IMG/VR virus record: IMGVR_UViG_3300036794_000053
Coordinates: 42,198 to 106,197 of that record
Source of the DNA: a virus
Lineage: Duplodnaviria > Caudoviricetes
Length of the DNA: 64,000 bases
Reading direction: 5' to 3' (one strand)
Of the stretch, positions 48,247 to 56,012 are shown in pieces (positions within the stretch are counted from its first letter, which is position 1; every line of letters begins with the position of its first letter). Position numbers and translations under genes: made by a program. The notes below the pieces were generated by a model. That model was not told where the DNA came from and ran no database searches. It saw nothing but the letters and a program-made list of their open reading frames with translations.

Positions 48247-48921
48247 ATGTTTAAGTCTGTACTTACTGTGCTCGCCGCCGCGGCGGTGGCACTCGGGGTT
48301 TCCGCCGGGACCGCCCAGGCGACCGCCCCTACCTTCAACGACAACTGTGTGTCTAACGGCGGCCTCGTGTCGACTGGCTGCAACGACATCAACACTGTGA
48401 CCGGTCTTCCGCTTGTCGGGGGTCTTCTGGGTAGCCAGGGTGGTTTGCTCGGCGCCGGTGCGCTTCCGTTCCACCACCGTCGCGGCTTCTTCCCGGGTGG
48501 CGGTTTCGGCTGGTCCCCATATCTGGAAGGTTCCTTCCTGAACGGTGCCGCGTACGGTTTCAACCAGGTTGAGGTGTGCCCGTTCCAGTCGTTCGGCGCT
48601 TTCTCCGGGACGTGGCGGCACCGCCTCGGCGGCCGGTGGCCGGGTTTCGAGCGGACCATGTTCGGGCTTGACCGTGGCGGCTGGGGCCGTAGTTTCGGTG
48701 CGCTACGCGCCGAGGCCTGCGGTGGTGGTTCGGTGATCGCTGAGCCGTACCCGGTCGCGGTACCGGTTCCGGCTTATGACCCGGGTGTCGGGTCGTGTGG
48801 GTGCGCCGCGCCGGCTGCCTATTTCCCGTCCCCGTCGGGTAACCGGATCACTGATGTGCCGCAGTACGCCCCGTCGGCTGGCGATAGCGGTCTGGCGCCT
48901 GACACGGTGCGAGTGAACTAA
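48247..48921 (+). CDS. Secreted Gly-rich protein, candidate sortase substrate
   Basis: Signal peptide MFKSVLTVLAAAAVALGVSAGTAQA; C-terminal VPQYAPSAG; abuts the sortase. Confidence 0.65.
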   Translation: MFKSVLTVLAAAAVALGVSAGTAQATAPTFNDNCVSNGGLVSTGCNDINTVTGLPLVGGLLGSQGGLLGAGALPFHHRRGFFPGGGFGWSPYLEGSFLNGAAYGFNQVEVCPFQSFGAFSGTWRHRLGGRWPGFERTMFGLDRGGWGRSFGALRAEACGGGSVIAEPYPVAVPVPAYDPGVGSCGCAAPAAYFPSPSGNRITDVPQYAPSAGDSGLAPDTVRVN

Positions 48922-49479
48922 ATGCGTTGGGGGGTCCTGGTGGCCCTGCTGGTGGGTGCGTTGTGTGTCGGCGCACCCACCAGCTATGCCGCCACCAGAG
49001 TGATACCGACGGAGATACGCATCCCATCCATTGGAGTGGACGGCCAGTTGATGGGGCTCGGGTTGAACCCAGACCGGACACTGCAAACACCGCCGTTGAA
49101 GACTCCGCTGCTCGCCGGCTGGTATGTCGGTGCACCTGTCCCGGGCGATCCTGGCTCGGCGGTGGTAGTGGCGCATGTCGATGGTGATGGCCAACCGGGG
49201 TTGTTCCTCAATCTGTCCAAAGTCAAAGCTGGCGACGACATCTATGTGACCCGGTCGGACGGGAAGACCGCCACGTTCGTGGTCACTCAGGTAGCTAAGT
49301 ATGCGAAGGAGCCTGGCGACGCGGTGAAGGGCGAGCAGGTGTTTCCGAGCGAGTTGTTCTATAGCAACCAGGCGCAGTCGGAACTGCACCTCGCTACCTG
49401 CGGCGGCCGGTATGACGCGGCGAACCGCAACTATCTCGACTCGATCGTGGTCTATTCGAACCTGGTTAGCCTGCGATGA
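48922..49479 (+). CDS. Class F sortase
   Basis: 'IRIPSIGV', 'AGWY', 'PGDPGSAVVVAHVD', 'LHLATCGG.YD...NY'. Confidence 0.92.
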   Translation: MRWGVLVALLVGALCVGAPTSYAATRVIPTEIRIPSIGVDGQLMGLGLNPDRTLQTPPLKTPLLAGWYVGAPVPGDPGSAVVVAHVDGDGQPGLFLNLSKVKAGDDIYVTRSDGKTATFVVTQVAKYAKEPGDAVKGEQVFPSELFYSNQAQSELHLATCGGRYDAANRNYLDSIVVYSNLVSLR

Positions 49480-50348
49480 CCGCGGGCGTTGACTACTACG
49501 CGGGTCCGGTGAACCCGGCCGCGCTCACCGCCGCCGGCTACGCCTGCGTTTTCCGCTATGTGGACGACGCGATCTATGGGCTGGCGTCGAAGAACATCAC
49601 TGTGGTCGAGTACAACGAACTCACCGCCGCCGGCCTCGATGTGTACTTGGTGTTCGAGCATCTGGCCGATGACTACACGGGCGGCTTCCTCGCTGGTGTG
49701 GTGAACGCGCAACGCGCGCTGAGCGGCGCCACCCAGCTCGGCTATAGCGGCCCGGTGTTCATATCGATTGATGACCACCTAGACGCTGAACAAATCCCGA
49801 TTGCAGTGGACTATCTGGATGGTGCCGAACACATCCTCGGCCAGCAGCTCGGGGTGTACGGATTCTCCGAGTTGATCCAAGCCTGCCAGGCGCAGCAGCT
49901 CGGCAGCGTGTATTGGCAGTGCGGTCACCAGCCCGCCGCGAACGCGGGTGTTCATGTGTGGCAGCGAAACGATGGCTCGGTAACGGTCGACGGTGTGGTG
50001 TGTGACGTCGATGTGATCCTGATCCCTTTCCCGGAGGAAGACGACATGGCCCAGGTGCCGCAGGACCAGTGGAATACGGTGTACACCCAGTTGTGTGGGC
50101 TGTTCACGGCGTGGGCTGGTGGCACCACCGGTGATCCGGACAACACCGCCTACGACTTCCTACAGTATTTGCTGCGGGCGAACGTGCAGCTGAACCAGCT
50201 AGGACTGCAGGTAGCGGCGCTTCAAACCACGGTCGACTCCCTGACCTCAGGCACTATCGCTGAAGGGGAAGTGCGGCGCATCTCCGAGGCGGTTGTGCAG
50301 ACGACGCTGAAGTCATTGGCTGACTCGCTCAGCGGCCAACGCGGCTAA
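49476..50348 (+). CDS. Endolysin (DUF1906 / GH25-like glycoside hydrolase)
   Basis: 'GVDY', 'FRYV', 'KNIT..EY', 'VFE', 'FISIDD', 'GVYG', 'WQ', 'DVD'. Confidence 0.85.
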   Translation: MTAGVDYYAGPVNPAALTAAGYACVFRYVDDAIYGLASKNITVVEYNELTAAGLDVYLVFEHLADDYTGGFLAGVVNAQRALSGATQLGYSGPVFISIDDHLDAEQIPIAVDYLDGAEHILGQQLGVYGFSELIQACQAQQLGSVYWQCGHQPAANAGVHVWQRNDGSVTVDGVVCDVDVILIPFPEEDDMAQVPQDQWNTVYTQLCGLFTAWAGGTTGDPDNTAYDFLQYLLRANVQLNQLGLQVAALQTTVDSLTSGTIAEGEVRRISEAVVQTTLKSLADSLSGQRG

Positions 50349-50560
50349 TGTGCCGGCATTCTTGGCACGCCTGGTTCGCCGCGTGCGGAGCCACCTTCAC
50401 CTACCTGGAATGGCGGGCCTATTACAGGGGTTGTCACCGCACCCTGTCACGGGAGCTGCGGGCGTGGCTGCGTTGCAAACAGCACCCGTGGTCGGCGCTG
50501 GTGTTCATTGCGTTGGGTGCGTGGCTGGCGCATCACCTGCGTGAGCTTCAAGAGCTTTGA
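50348..50560 (+). CDS. Small membrane protein
   Basis: TAATG coupling; 'TLSRELRAW...WLAHH'. Confidence 0.6.
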   Translation: MCRHSWHAWFAACGATFTYLEWRAYYRGCHRTLSRELRAWLRCKQHPWSALVFIALGAWLAHHLRELQEL

Positions 50561-51044
50561 GCTGGGCGCCGAGTCGGGTGCATTCGCCGCGGACGTAATC
50601 GAGCGTGCGGTACGCCATGAGTCCGTCGCTGACGGGTTGCTCGGTGAGCCAAGTCAACGTTTGCAACAACGCATTCAAACCCGGTGAGACGTCGGATGCG
50701 TGCGCGCAGTCCCAGCCCAGCCACCACACGTTCGCTGGTTGCCCAGGTTCTGGGGTGTGACACACCCGGGACTCAACCGGCCCGTCCTCCTGGCAGAACG
50801 AGGAGAACGTCAACCCGCCGTGCACGTCAATGTCCGGGATGGTGCTGTAGTCCTTGCCGTGCAGCGGATGCCCAGGCGGCACCGCGACGTAGCCGCACCA
50901 GCTGCCGATAGACGGCATCGGCCGCACCGCTAGGCACGGGAATCCGGTGGCCTCGTCAATCCAATAGGCCTTGTCCGGTTCACCGTCCCACGGGCCGGGC
51001 CCCCAGCTGGTGCGGTCCATTGCCGGGTTAGTCCAGGTTTGCAT
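50505..51044 (-). CDS. Conserved phage hypothetical protein, antisense within the lysis cassette
   Basis: 'WCGYVAVPPGHPLHG', 'DVHGGLTF', 'WWLGWDCAH'. Confidence 0.8.
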   Translation of the reverse strand: MQTWTNPAMDRTSWGPGPWDGEPDKAYWIDEATGFPCLAVRPMPSIGSWCGYVAVPPGHPLHGKDYSTIPDIDVHGGLTFSSFCQEDGPVESRVCHTPEPGQPANVWWLGWDCAHASDVSPGLNALLQTLTWLTEQPVSDGLMAYRTLDYVRGECTRLGAQLKALEAHAGDAPATHPTQ

Positions 51045-51055
51045 GAGGAGACTCC

Positions 51056-51298
51056 ATGTTCACGTCCACGTTTTGGGCATCTACCCTGGAACGATTGTTG
51101 AAAACGTTCTGCCAATCACTGTTGGCGATTCTGACGGTTGGCCCAGCATTCAACGTGTTGAACGTGTCGTGGTCGAATGCGTTGGGTGTCGCCGCCGGCG
51201 CCGCGATCCTATCTCTGTTAACGTCGTTAGCGTCCGTCAACATTGGGCCCGCAGGCTCCCCGTCTTTGGTGGGTAAGCATGAAGGGCCCTCCGAATAG
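51056..51298 (+). CDS. Holin (r1t-like)
   Basis: 'FWASTLERLLKTFCQSLLA...W...LGVAAGAAILSLLTSLAS...GSPSL'. Confidence 0.9.
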   Translation: MFTSTFWASTLERLLKTFCQSLLAILTVGPAFNVLNVSWSNALGVAAGAAILSLLTSLASVNIGPAGSPSLVGKHEGPSE

Positions 51299-51347
51299 TC
51301 CCAGTTGAGCTGGCCGGCTTCGGGAGTCGGTGGTTCCTGGGACTGGG

Positions 51348-51406
51348 CGTCTCCCCGTGCGACCTGGTAGCCCTAACCTCTCCGGGGCTCGGCGCACGGG
51401 GAGACG
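51348..51406. terminator. 14-bp stem between convergent genes
   Basis: CGTCTCCCCGTGCG / CGCACGGGGAGACG. Confidence 0.6.
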
Positions 51407-51410
51407 ACCC

Positions 51411-51731
51411 TTAGTCGAAGTCTTTGTTGACCCGATCCCGCCACACCGTCAACTCGCGGATGAGCGCGTCAACCTGGTCGACGTCCAGCACGATCGTGTT
51501 CATGTCCGCTTCCAACGATACCCGTAGCCACCGGTAGCACTGGTCATTCCGCGGGTCATGCTCATCCCAATCCTGCCGCACATAGCCGGGGATGTAGCCG
51601 AAGTCCAATGCCCCGCCGCGTGGCCCATTCAACTGCGGCATCACATGGGAGCGTTGGTACACGAAGGGCTCGGAGAAACCATCCTCGAACGCGTCCTCGT
51701 CGAAGATGGCGAAGGAACACCAGATACTCAC
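51411..51731 (-). CDS. Hypothetical phage protein
   Basis: GTGA coupling; 'PFVYQRSHVMP..RGG...WLRVSL'. Confidence 0.65.
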   Translation of the reverse strand: MSIWCSFAIFDEDAFEDGFSEPFVYQRSHVMPQLNGPRGGALDFGYIPGYVRQDWDEHDPRNDQCYRWLRVSLEADMNTIVLDVDQVDALIRELTVWRDRVNKDFD

Positions 51732-52015
51732 TCGTCGTCCTCGTCTTCCCCAGTCCATTGCCACGACGGGTCTTTCGCGCCGGCCAACTTCGCCCACTCC
51801 AACCACTGTTCCTTCGTGGCCGGCACCTCCATGCGGTACCGCTCACTCGCATAAGCCTTGTCCATCGACCAGAACACCACAGCACACATGTGGTGCCCGG
51901 TCCACTCACACAACTTGTTGGCCACCGACACCGCCGTTTCCCACCACCATGGTGTGTCCACGATCCGCAGTATCACCGTGTCGTTACGGCCGTAATAGAA
52001 ACCGAAACTTTGCAC
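51728..52015 (-). CDS. Hypothetical protein
   Basis: GAAGGA RBS. Confidence 0.6.
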   Translation of the reverse strand: MQSFGFYYGRNDTVILRIVDTPWWWETAVSVANKLCEWTGHHMCAVVFWSMDKAYASERYRMEVPATKEQWLEWAKLAGAKDPSWQWTGEDEDDE

Positions 52016-52032
52016 TAGTCCTTCCCCACTGT

Positions 52033-52093
52033 AAAAGGGCGCCTCGCTCCTCTACCCCCTCTGCTGGGGAGGAGCGAGGCGCCCTCTTTTTTT
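52033..52093. terminator. Bidirectional intrinsic terminator
   Basis: AGGGCGCCTCGCTCCTC / GAGGAGCGAGGCGCCCT flanked by A and T runs. Confidence 0.8.
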
Positions 52094-52173
52094 ATGCCCG
52101 GATGCTCAACCTGACCCTCGGGAGCATCGCGGGCCGATAGCGTGACCCATGTGACAACCCTGGGCGGGTCACG

Positions 52174-52305
52174 CTAAGGCAGCACGTCATCGTCATCGAC
52201 GTACTCGTCATCATCGTCGGCTTGGCTGCGTGTCATATAGGCGGCCACCCCGATCAGCAGCAGCGTGACCGCCACCGCGAGCGCGATCTTCCACCCGTCA
52301 CCCAT
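52174..52305 (-). CDS. 43-aa single-TM protein with acidic tail, coupled to Ro60
   Basis: Hand translation MGDGWKIALAVAVTLLLIGVAAYMTRSQADDDDEYVDDDDVLP. Confidence 0.6.
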   Translation of the reverse strand: MGDGWKIALAVAVTLLLIGVAAYMTRSQADDDDEYVDDDDVLP

Positions 52306-53875
52306 TCCACGGCCAACTTCCGTTGTGCCCGGATTCGAGCAGCGGGATCATCTTGAACGTGTGGTCTCCCATGCCGCCGAGCTGGTAGCGGTTCGGCTTA
52401 TCCGGCAACATCGCCCGGTTGTAGCCGCCCAGGTTGAACGCGTAGATCGGGATGTTCGGCGGCGCACCGTCGGACACGTTCCCCCGATAGTTAGCGAACG
52501 ACTGCTCATCGGTGATGATGACCACCCGGTCATGCTTGGCATAAGCGCCGTGGATCGCCGCGGCGGTTTCGGTGCCGTGCCCGACCTCGCCGACCCGCTT
52601 AACGAACCGTTCCACCTCAGGTAGGACGCTGCCACCGGTGGTGATCTTGTGCTTGAAGATGCCGGAGGCGTATCCGTATAGGTCGACGTTGTTGGCGCCG
52701 CACTTGTTGGCCAACGCCACCCCGAACAACGACGCCGTCATGACTGGGCTGATCTTCGACTTCGCCGAGTAGGTCATCCCGGACATAGACCCCGAGGTGT
52801 CCACCAGGATCAGTGTCCGCCCGGTCAGCGCCGGGAGGTTCTGAAACGCCGAATCCAGAGCCTTCCCGAGCGCCACCTTCCACCGGTCATTACTGATCTC
52901 CTGGTAGGCGGAGAACCAGCGGTACGGTAGCTGCCGCGACTTGGCCACCACCTCCGGGTCGCTGATCGTGGCACACACCTTCGCCGCCACCTCATCAGAG
53001 ACCCCAGCCTCATCGAAATTCCTGAGGTTCCGGATCAACGCCATGACCCCCATGTTCGGGATCATCGACTCCCACGCGCCCTTATCCATCGGACCCTGCA
53101 ACCAACCAGCGACCGCCTCCCAAGTCATCCCCGCGTCATTCAACGCAACCGGGTCCAACGCGGCACGACGCTCACCAACCGGCAACGCCATCAACTGCGC
53201 ACGATTGGTCAACACCCGCAGCGACTCCGGGATCGGATTGTCCCGGTTGTGCCGGCGAGCCAACGCATGCTCATACAGATCACCCTGCCAACTGGCCTTC
53301 TTATCCGGGTGGGTCAGATCGAGCACGTCACCGAACCGGACGGAACGCTTCTCATTCGCCGTGTCGTACTTCAGCAGGGACCGCTCGTTGTACAGCCTTT
53401 CGGCCGCGTCGGCGACGCCGCGCTTCAACGGCTTCGGCAGCGAACGCCCATACTGACCCATCCAATAGGCCAGCATCTCCCCCGGCTCATCGGCCCGCTG
53501 CAACACCGAACTCACCACGGCACGGCCACCGGGAATTTTGCTGCCCAATGCGGCCTGCACAAACTCGGCCGCACCCACCAGTGACGCGGAGCGCATGTTG
53601 CCGTCGCCGCGTAGCCACCGCAGGAAATCGGCGGTCCATTCGGCGTCCTCAACGGTCGCCTTCCGCACCAACGCGGAGAACCGGGCGTCCCTGTCCTCCG
53701 CCTTCTCATAGAAGGTGCTCTCCCCAACAAAGTTGGAGACGGCGAGGAGGAACAGTTCCGACTTGGTGTCCCGCGCATACGCGGCGTGGCCCTCATACGT
53801 TGTGCCCGAAGGGGTCGCGGCGGTGCGCATAGGGCTGTGCGCGCGGGGCTGGACGTGCTGGTTGAACTTGGCCAC
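52298..53875 (-). CDS. rsr: Ro60/Rsr-like TROVE + vWA RNA-binding protein
   Basis: TROVE 'ELFLLAV..FYE', 'RADEPGE.LAYW', 'LLKYD', 'MALIRNLRN', 'SRQLPYR'; vWA MIDAS 'DTSGS' and 'ITDEQ'. Confidence 0.95.
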   Translation of the reverse strand: MAKFNQHVQPRAHSPMRTAATPSGTTYEGHAAYARDTKSELFLLAVSNFVGESTFYEKAEDRDARFSALVRKATVEDAEWTADFLRWLRGDGNMRSASLVGAAEFVQAALGSKIPGGRAVVSSVLQRADEPGEMLAYWMGQYGRSLPKPLKRGVADAAERLYNERSLLKYDTANEKRSVRFGDVLDLTHPDKKASWQGDLYEHALARRHNRDNPIPESLRVLTNRAQLMALPVGERRAALDPVALNDAGMTWEAVAGWLQGPMDKGAWESMIPNMGVMALIRNLRNFDEAGVSDEVAAKVCATISDPEVVAKSRQLPYRWFSAYQEISNDRWKVALGKALDSAFQNLPALTGRTLILVDTSGSMSGMTYSAKSKISPVMTASLFGVALANKCGANNVDLYGYASGIFKHKITTGGSVLPEVERFVKRVGEVGHGTETAAAIHGAYAKHDRVVIITDEQSFANYRGNVSDGAPPNIPIYAFNLGGYNRAMLPDKPNRYQLGGMGDHTFKMIPLLESGHNGSWPWNG

Positions 53876-53922
53876 TTGCTTACCTTTCTCGGGGCAAGGG
53901 GGAACCCAACAACTGCAAGGTG

Positions 53923-54050
53923 GCGCCGAGGTCGAGGCAGCAACGGCCGTTTACCTCCGGAACCTATCCGGCTACCGGAAGGCGCGACCTCCCGGCGGGA
54001 TTCGAACCCGATCACTGTGATGTGAAGTAACCGTTACCTACGCACCGGCA
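53923..54050 (-). ncRNA. Y RNA (YrlA-like) no. 8 in transcription order, permuted tRNA-like domain
   Basis: CCGGUGCGUAG...UACUUC...UCGACCUCGG; T arm CGGG-UUCGAAU-CCCG, closed acceptor stem CCGGGAGG/CCUUCCGG, then UAGC and a D-like arm. Confidence 0.85.
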
Positions 54051-54070
54051 CCATGCAGTTGTTAAGGACC

Positions 54071-54143
54071 CCCGAGGTCACATCGCAGTTCGACGGGCTT
54101 TCCAATTTCGAGTTGAAGTAACCGTCAGTCGCTTCGCACCGGG
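54071..54143 (-). ncRNA. Y RNA-like no. 7, minimal
   Basis: CCCGGUGCGAAG..GACGG-UUACUUC...CCGUC..UGACCUCGGG. Confidence 0.75.
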
Positions 54144-54158
54144 AGCAAAACTAAAGGC

Positions 54159-54229
54159 GCTCCGAGGTCAAGGTCGGACAAGGCTTTCAAATTTGCAGTG
54201 TGAAGTAGCCCTGCCCTACGCACCGGAGC
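54159..54229 (-). ncRNA. Y RNA-like no. 6, minimal
   Basis: GCUCCGGUGCGUAG..CUACUUC...UUGACCUCGGAGC. Confidence 0.75.
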
Positions 54230-54242
54230 TCACTATTGGGTA

Positions 54243-54381
54243 GACCCGAGATCGAAAGCGGTCGAGGAGACAGGTGTCCTAGCGTTAGACGACGTCACGG
54301 GCTTTCGCCAACGCGACGGCAGGAGTCCAACCTGCATCACCCTCTTATGAGGAGAAGTATCCCCAACCTACGCACCGGGTC
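54243..54381 (-). ncRNA. Y RNA (YrlA-like) no. 5, permuted tRNA-like domain
   Basis: T arm GCAGG-UUGGACU-CCUGC, acceptor CGUCGCG/CGUGACG capped by GGC-GAAA-GCC, D arm UCGUCUAACGCUAGGAC. Confidence 0.8.
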
Positions 54382-54393
54382 AGTGAGGTGCTG

Positions 54394-54542
54394 GGTGGTC
54401 CAGAGATCAGTCGCGGGTGACGGGCTTACAGACCATTGCTCTGCCAACTGAGCTACCCCCCAACAAGTTGGGAAGCCAGGACTCGAACCTGGGACACGTG
54501 GTTCCACTTGAAGTATCCGTCGGTGCACGCACCTGGACCACC
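54394..54542 (-). ncRNA. Y RNA (YrlA-like) no. 4, near-complete permuted tRNA
   Basis: T arm CCAGG-UUCGAGU-CCUGG, acceptor CUUCCCA/UGGGGGG, D arm UA-GCUC-AGUUGGCA-GAGC; 10-bp closing stem GGUGGUCCAG/CUGGACCACC. Confidence 0.88.
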
Positions 54543-54561
54543 ATGAAGTTGTCAAAGAGGT

Positions 54562-54676
54562 TGACCCGAGATCGAGTCGACGACGGCACTAGTACTGCTG
54601 TGAGGGGCTCGAACCCTCTAGCCTCCGTTAGAAGGCGTTCTCCAATTGAAGTATCCGTCGGCTACGCACCGGGTCA
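54562..54676 (-). ncRNA. Y RNA-like no. 3, hairpin plus T arm
   Basis: UGACCCGGUGCGUAG..AUACUUC..GCCUUC/GGAGGC, GAGGG-UUCGAGC-CCCUC..UCGAUCUCGGGUCA. Confidence 0.8.
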
Positions 54677-54693
54677 CCATGAAGTTGTAGGGC

Positions 54694-54816
54694 GGTCCGA
54701 GGTCGAGGCGTTCGGCGGACTGGAGGGGTCTAACCTCCTCGCCCCCGAATGCGGTAACGCAAGCAGGGACTTCCAACAACTGGTTCGGAAGTATCCGCAG
54801 AACTTCGCACCGGACC
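54694..54816 (-). ncRNA. Y RNA-like no. 2, variant T arm
   Basis: GGUCCGGUGCGAAG..AUACUUC..GGAGG-UUAGACC-CCUCC..UCGACCUCGGACC. Confidence 0.75.
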
Positions 54817-54831
54817 ACTCTGGAGTTAGGT

Positions 54832-54907
54832 GCACGAGGTCAAGACGCTCGGTTCCGGCGTGGGCTTCACCAAAAGAAGTAGCCGGGGTTTGAGCTTCGC
54901 ACCGTGC
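54832..54907 (-). ncRNA. Y RNA-like no. 1, minimal
   Basis: GCACGGUGCGAAG..CUACUUC...UUGACCUCGUGC. Confidence 0.75.
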
Positions 54908-54914
54908 GACTTCA

Positions 54915-54945
54915 AAGCTATCAGAGGGGCGAGATCATTCGTCAA
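54915..54945 (-). promoter_or_regulatory. Sigma70-type promoter for the Y RNA array and Ro60
   Basis: -35 TTGACG (54945-54940), 19-bp spacer ending in TGA (extended -10), -10 TAGCTT (54920-54915); the predicted start coincides with the 5' end of the first unit. Confidence 0.55.
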
Positions 54946-55010
54946 GTCGGTTAGTGACTACTCACCCAGAATATTCGACCGCTCGACTGATTGTGCCGTG
55001 ACCTGGCAAG

Positions 55011-55196
55011 ATGGCCGCCATGGACGAGGACAGAAGTTTCGGCGCCGGCCGCATCGCCGAGCTGAAGTACTGGATCGACCGCATCGGCGACCACGACACC
55101 ATCAGCGAGTACATGACCAACGACATGAAGAAACGGCTGGCCGAACTGCTAGGACATAAAAAAGCCCCGCCAGTCCCGGAGGACAGCGGGGAGTAA
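55011..55196 (+). CDS. Small hypothetical protein
   Basis: Protein-like 61-aa ORF divergent from the array. Confidence 0.45.
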   Translation: MAAMDEDRSFGAGRIAELKYWIDRIGDHDTISEYMTNDMKKRLAELLGHKKAPPVPEDSGE

Positions 55197-55206
55197 TGAC
55201 GCCACA

Positions 55207-55431
55207 CTACACGTGTTCCGGGGGAGAGCCACCAGCGAGCGCGGTGTTGACCATGATGTGGTGTGGCGCCTGCCAGTCAACCCAACGCTGGAATTCTTCC
55301 GCCCCAACCAGCGCCTCGCACACCGTACGTGCCGCACAGCACCGACTCATCACCTGAATGTTTCCATCAGACTGGAGCTGACGAACCATGTGCGCCAGCG
55401 CGGCTATCGCCGCTCGCAATTCATTGTTCAC
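55207..55431 (-). CDS. Hypothetical protein
   Basis: GTGA coupling to the phosphoesterase. Confidence 0.55.
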   Translation of the reverse strand: MNNELRAAIAALAHMVRQLQSDGNIQVMSRCCAARTVCEALVGAEEFQRWVDWQAPHHIMVNTALAGGSPPEHV

Positions 55432-56012
55432 CGCAGAACCTTCCCTCCGATCACCTCGGCCACCTCGTCAATGCTGACCGGCGCCCAATCCCACACATCC
55501 ACACCCACATTGATCTGCCGCTTCCGCCGCTTCCACGCCTCATGCACATGTCCATGCAGCAACCACGCCCCACCCGGATCACGCAACCGGTAGGTCGAGT
55601 ACCGCTCGGTGTCCGTGTGGTCACCCTCGAACGGGAAGTGACTGAGTAGCACATCGCAACCTCGGATCTTTCTCCGCGCGAACGCCTGCACCGAATCGAA
55701 GACTTCCAGCCAGGATCGCTGGTGGATGTAGGATTCGCGGTTCCCAGGCCACACCTGGTCGTGGTTGCCGGCGATCAGGTGTTTGTGCCCGTTCAACCGT
55801 TTGACCGTTTCGAGGATGGTGGTGGCCGAGCCGACACCGACGTCACCCAGGTGCCACACATGGTCCTGCGGGCGGACCCGTTCGTTCCATTGCCAGATCA
55901 GGTGTTCGTCGTGTTCCTGCACGGTGTGGAACGGGCGCCAACCTTTCCCGGTCGCGGCCATCGCGCTGTGCCCGAAGTGGGTGTCGGCTGTGAAGAAAAC
56001 GTTACTCATCAC
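55428..56012 (-). CDS. Calcineurin-like metallophosphoesterase
   Basis: DTHFGH, LGD, GNHD, HFP, LHGHVH. Confidence 0.92.
   Translation of the reverse strand: MMSNVFFTADTHFGHSAMAATGKGWRPFHTVQEHDEHLIWQWNERVRPQDHVWHLGDVGVGSATTILETVKRLNGHKHLIAGNHDQVWPGNRESYIHQRSWLEVFDSVQAFARRKIRGCDVLLSHFPFEGDHTDTERYSTYRLRDPGGAWLLHGHVHEAWKRRKRQINVGVDVWDWAPVSIDEVAEVIGGKVLR

Noticed and set aside
54394-54542. Canonical tRNA genes (GGTTCGA T-loops near 54000, 54480, 54610)
   Set aside because: Arms are in permuted order (T, acceptor, D) or incomplete, the acceptor ends are joined by a loop and there is no CCA end
54236-54893. ORFs 54236-54451, 54417-54893 and others across the array
   Set aside because: No RBS or protein-like features; they overlap strongly structured RNA units
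53908-54907. CRISPR array interpretation of the repeats upstream of TROVE
   Set aside because: The repeats are bipartite and pair across each unit, inserts vary widely in length and are structured, and there are no cas genes; a Y RNA array fits better
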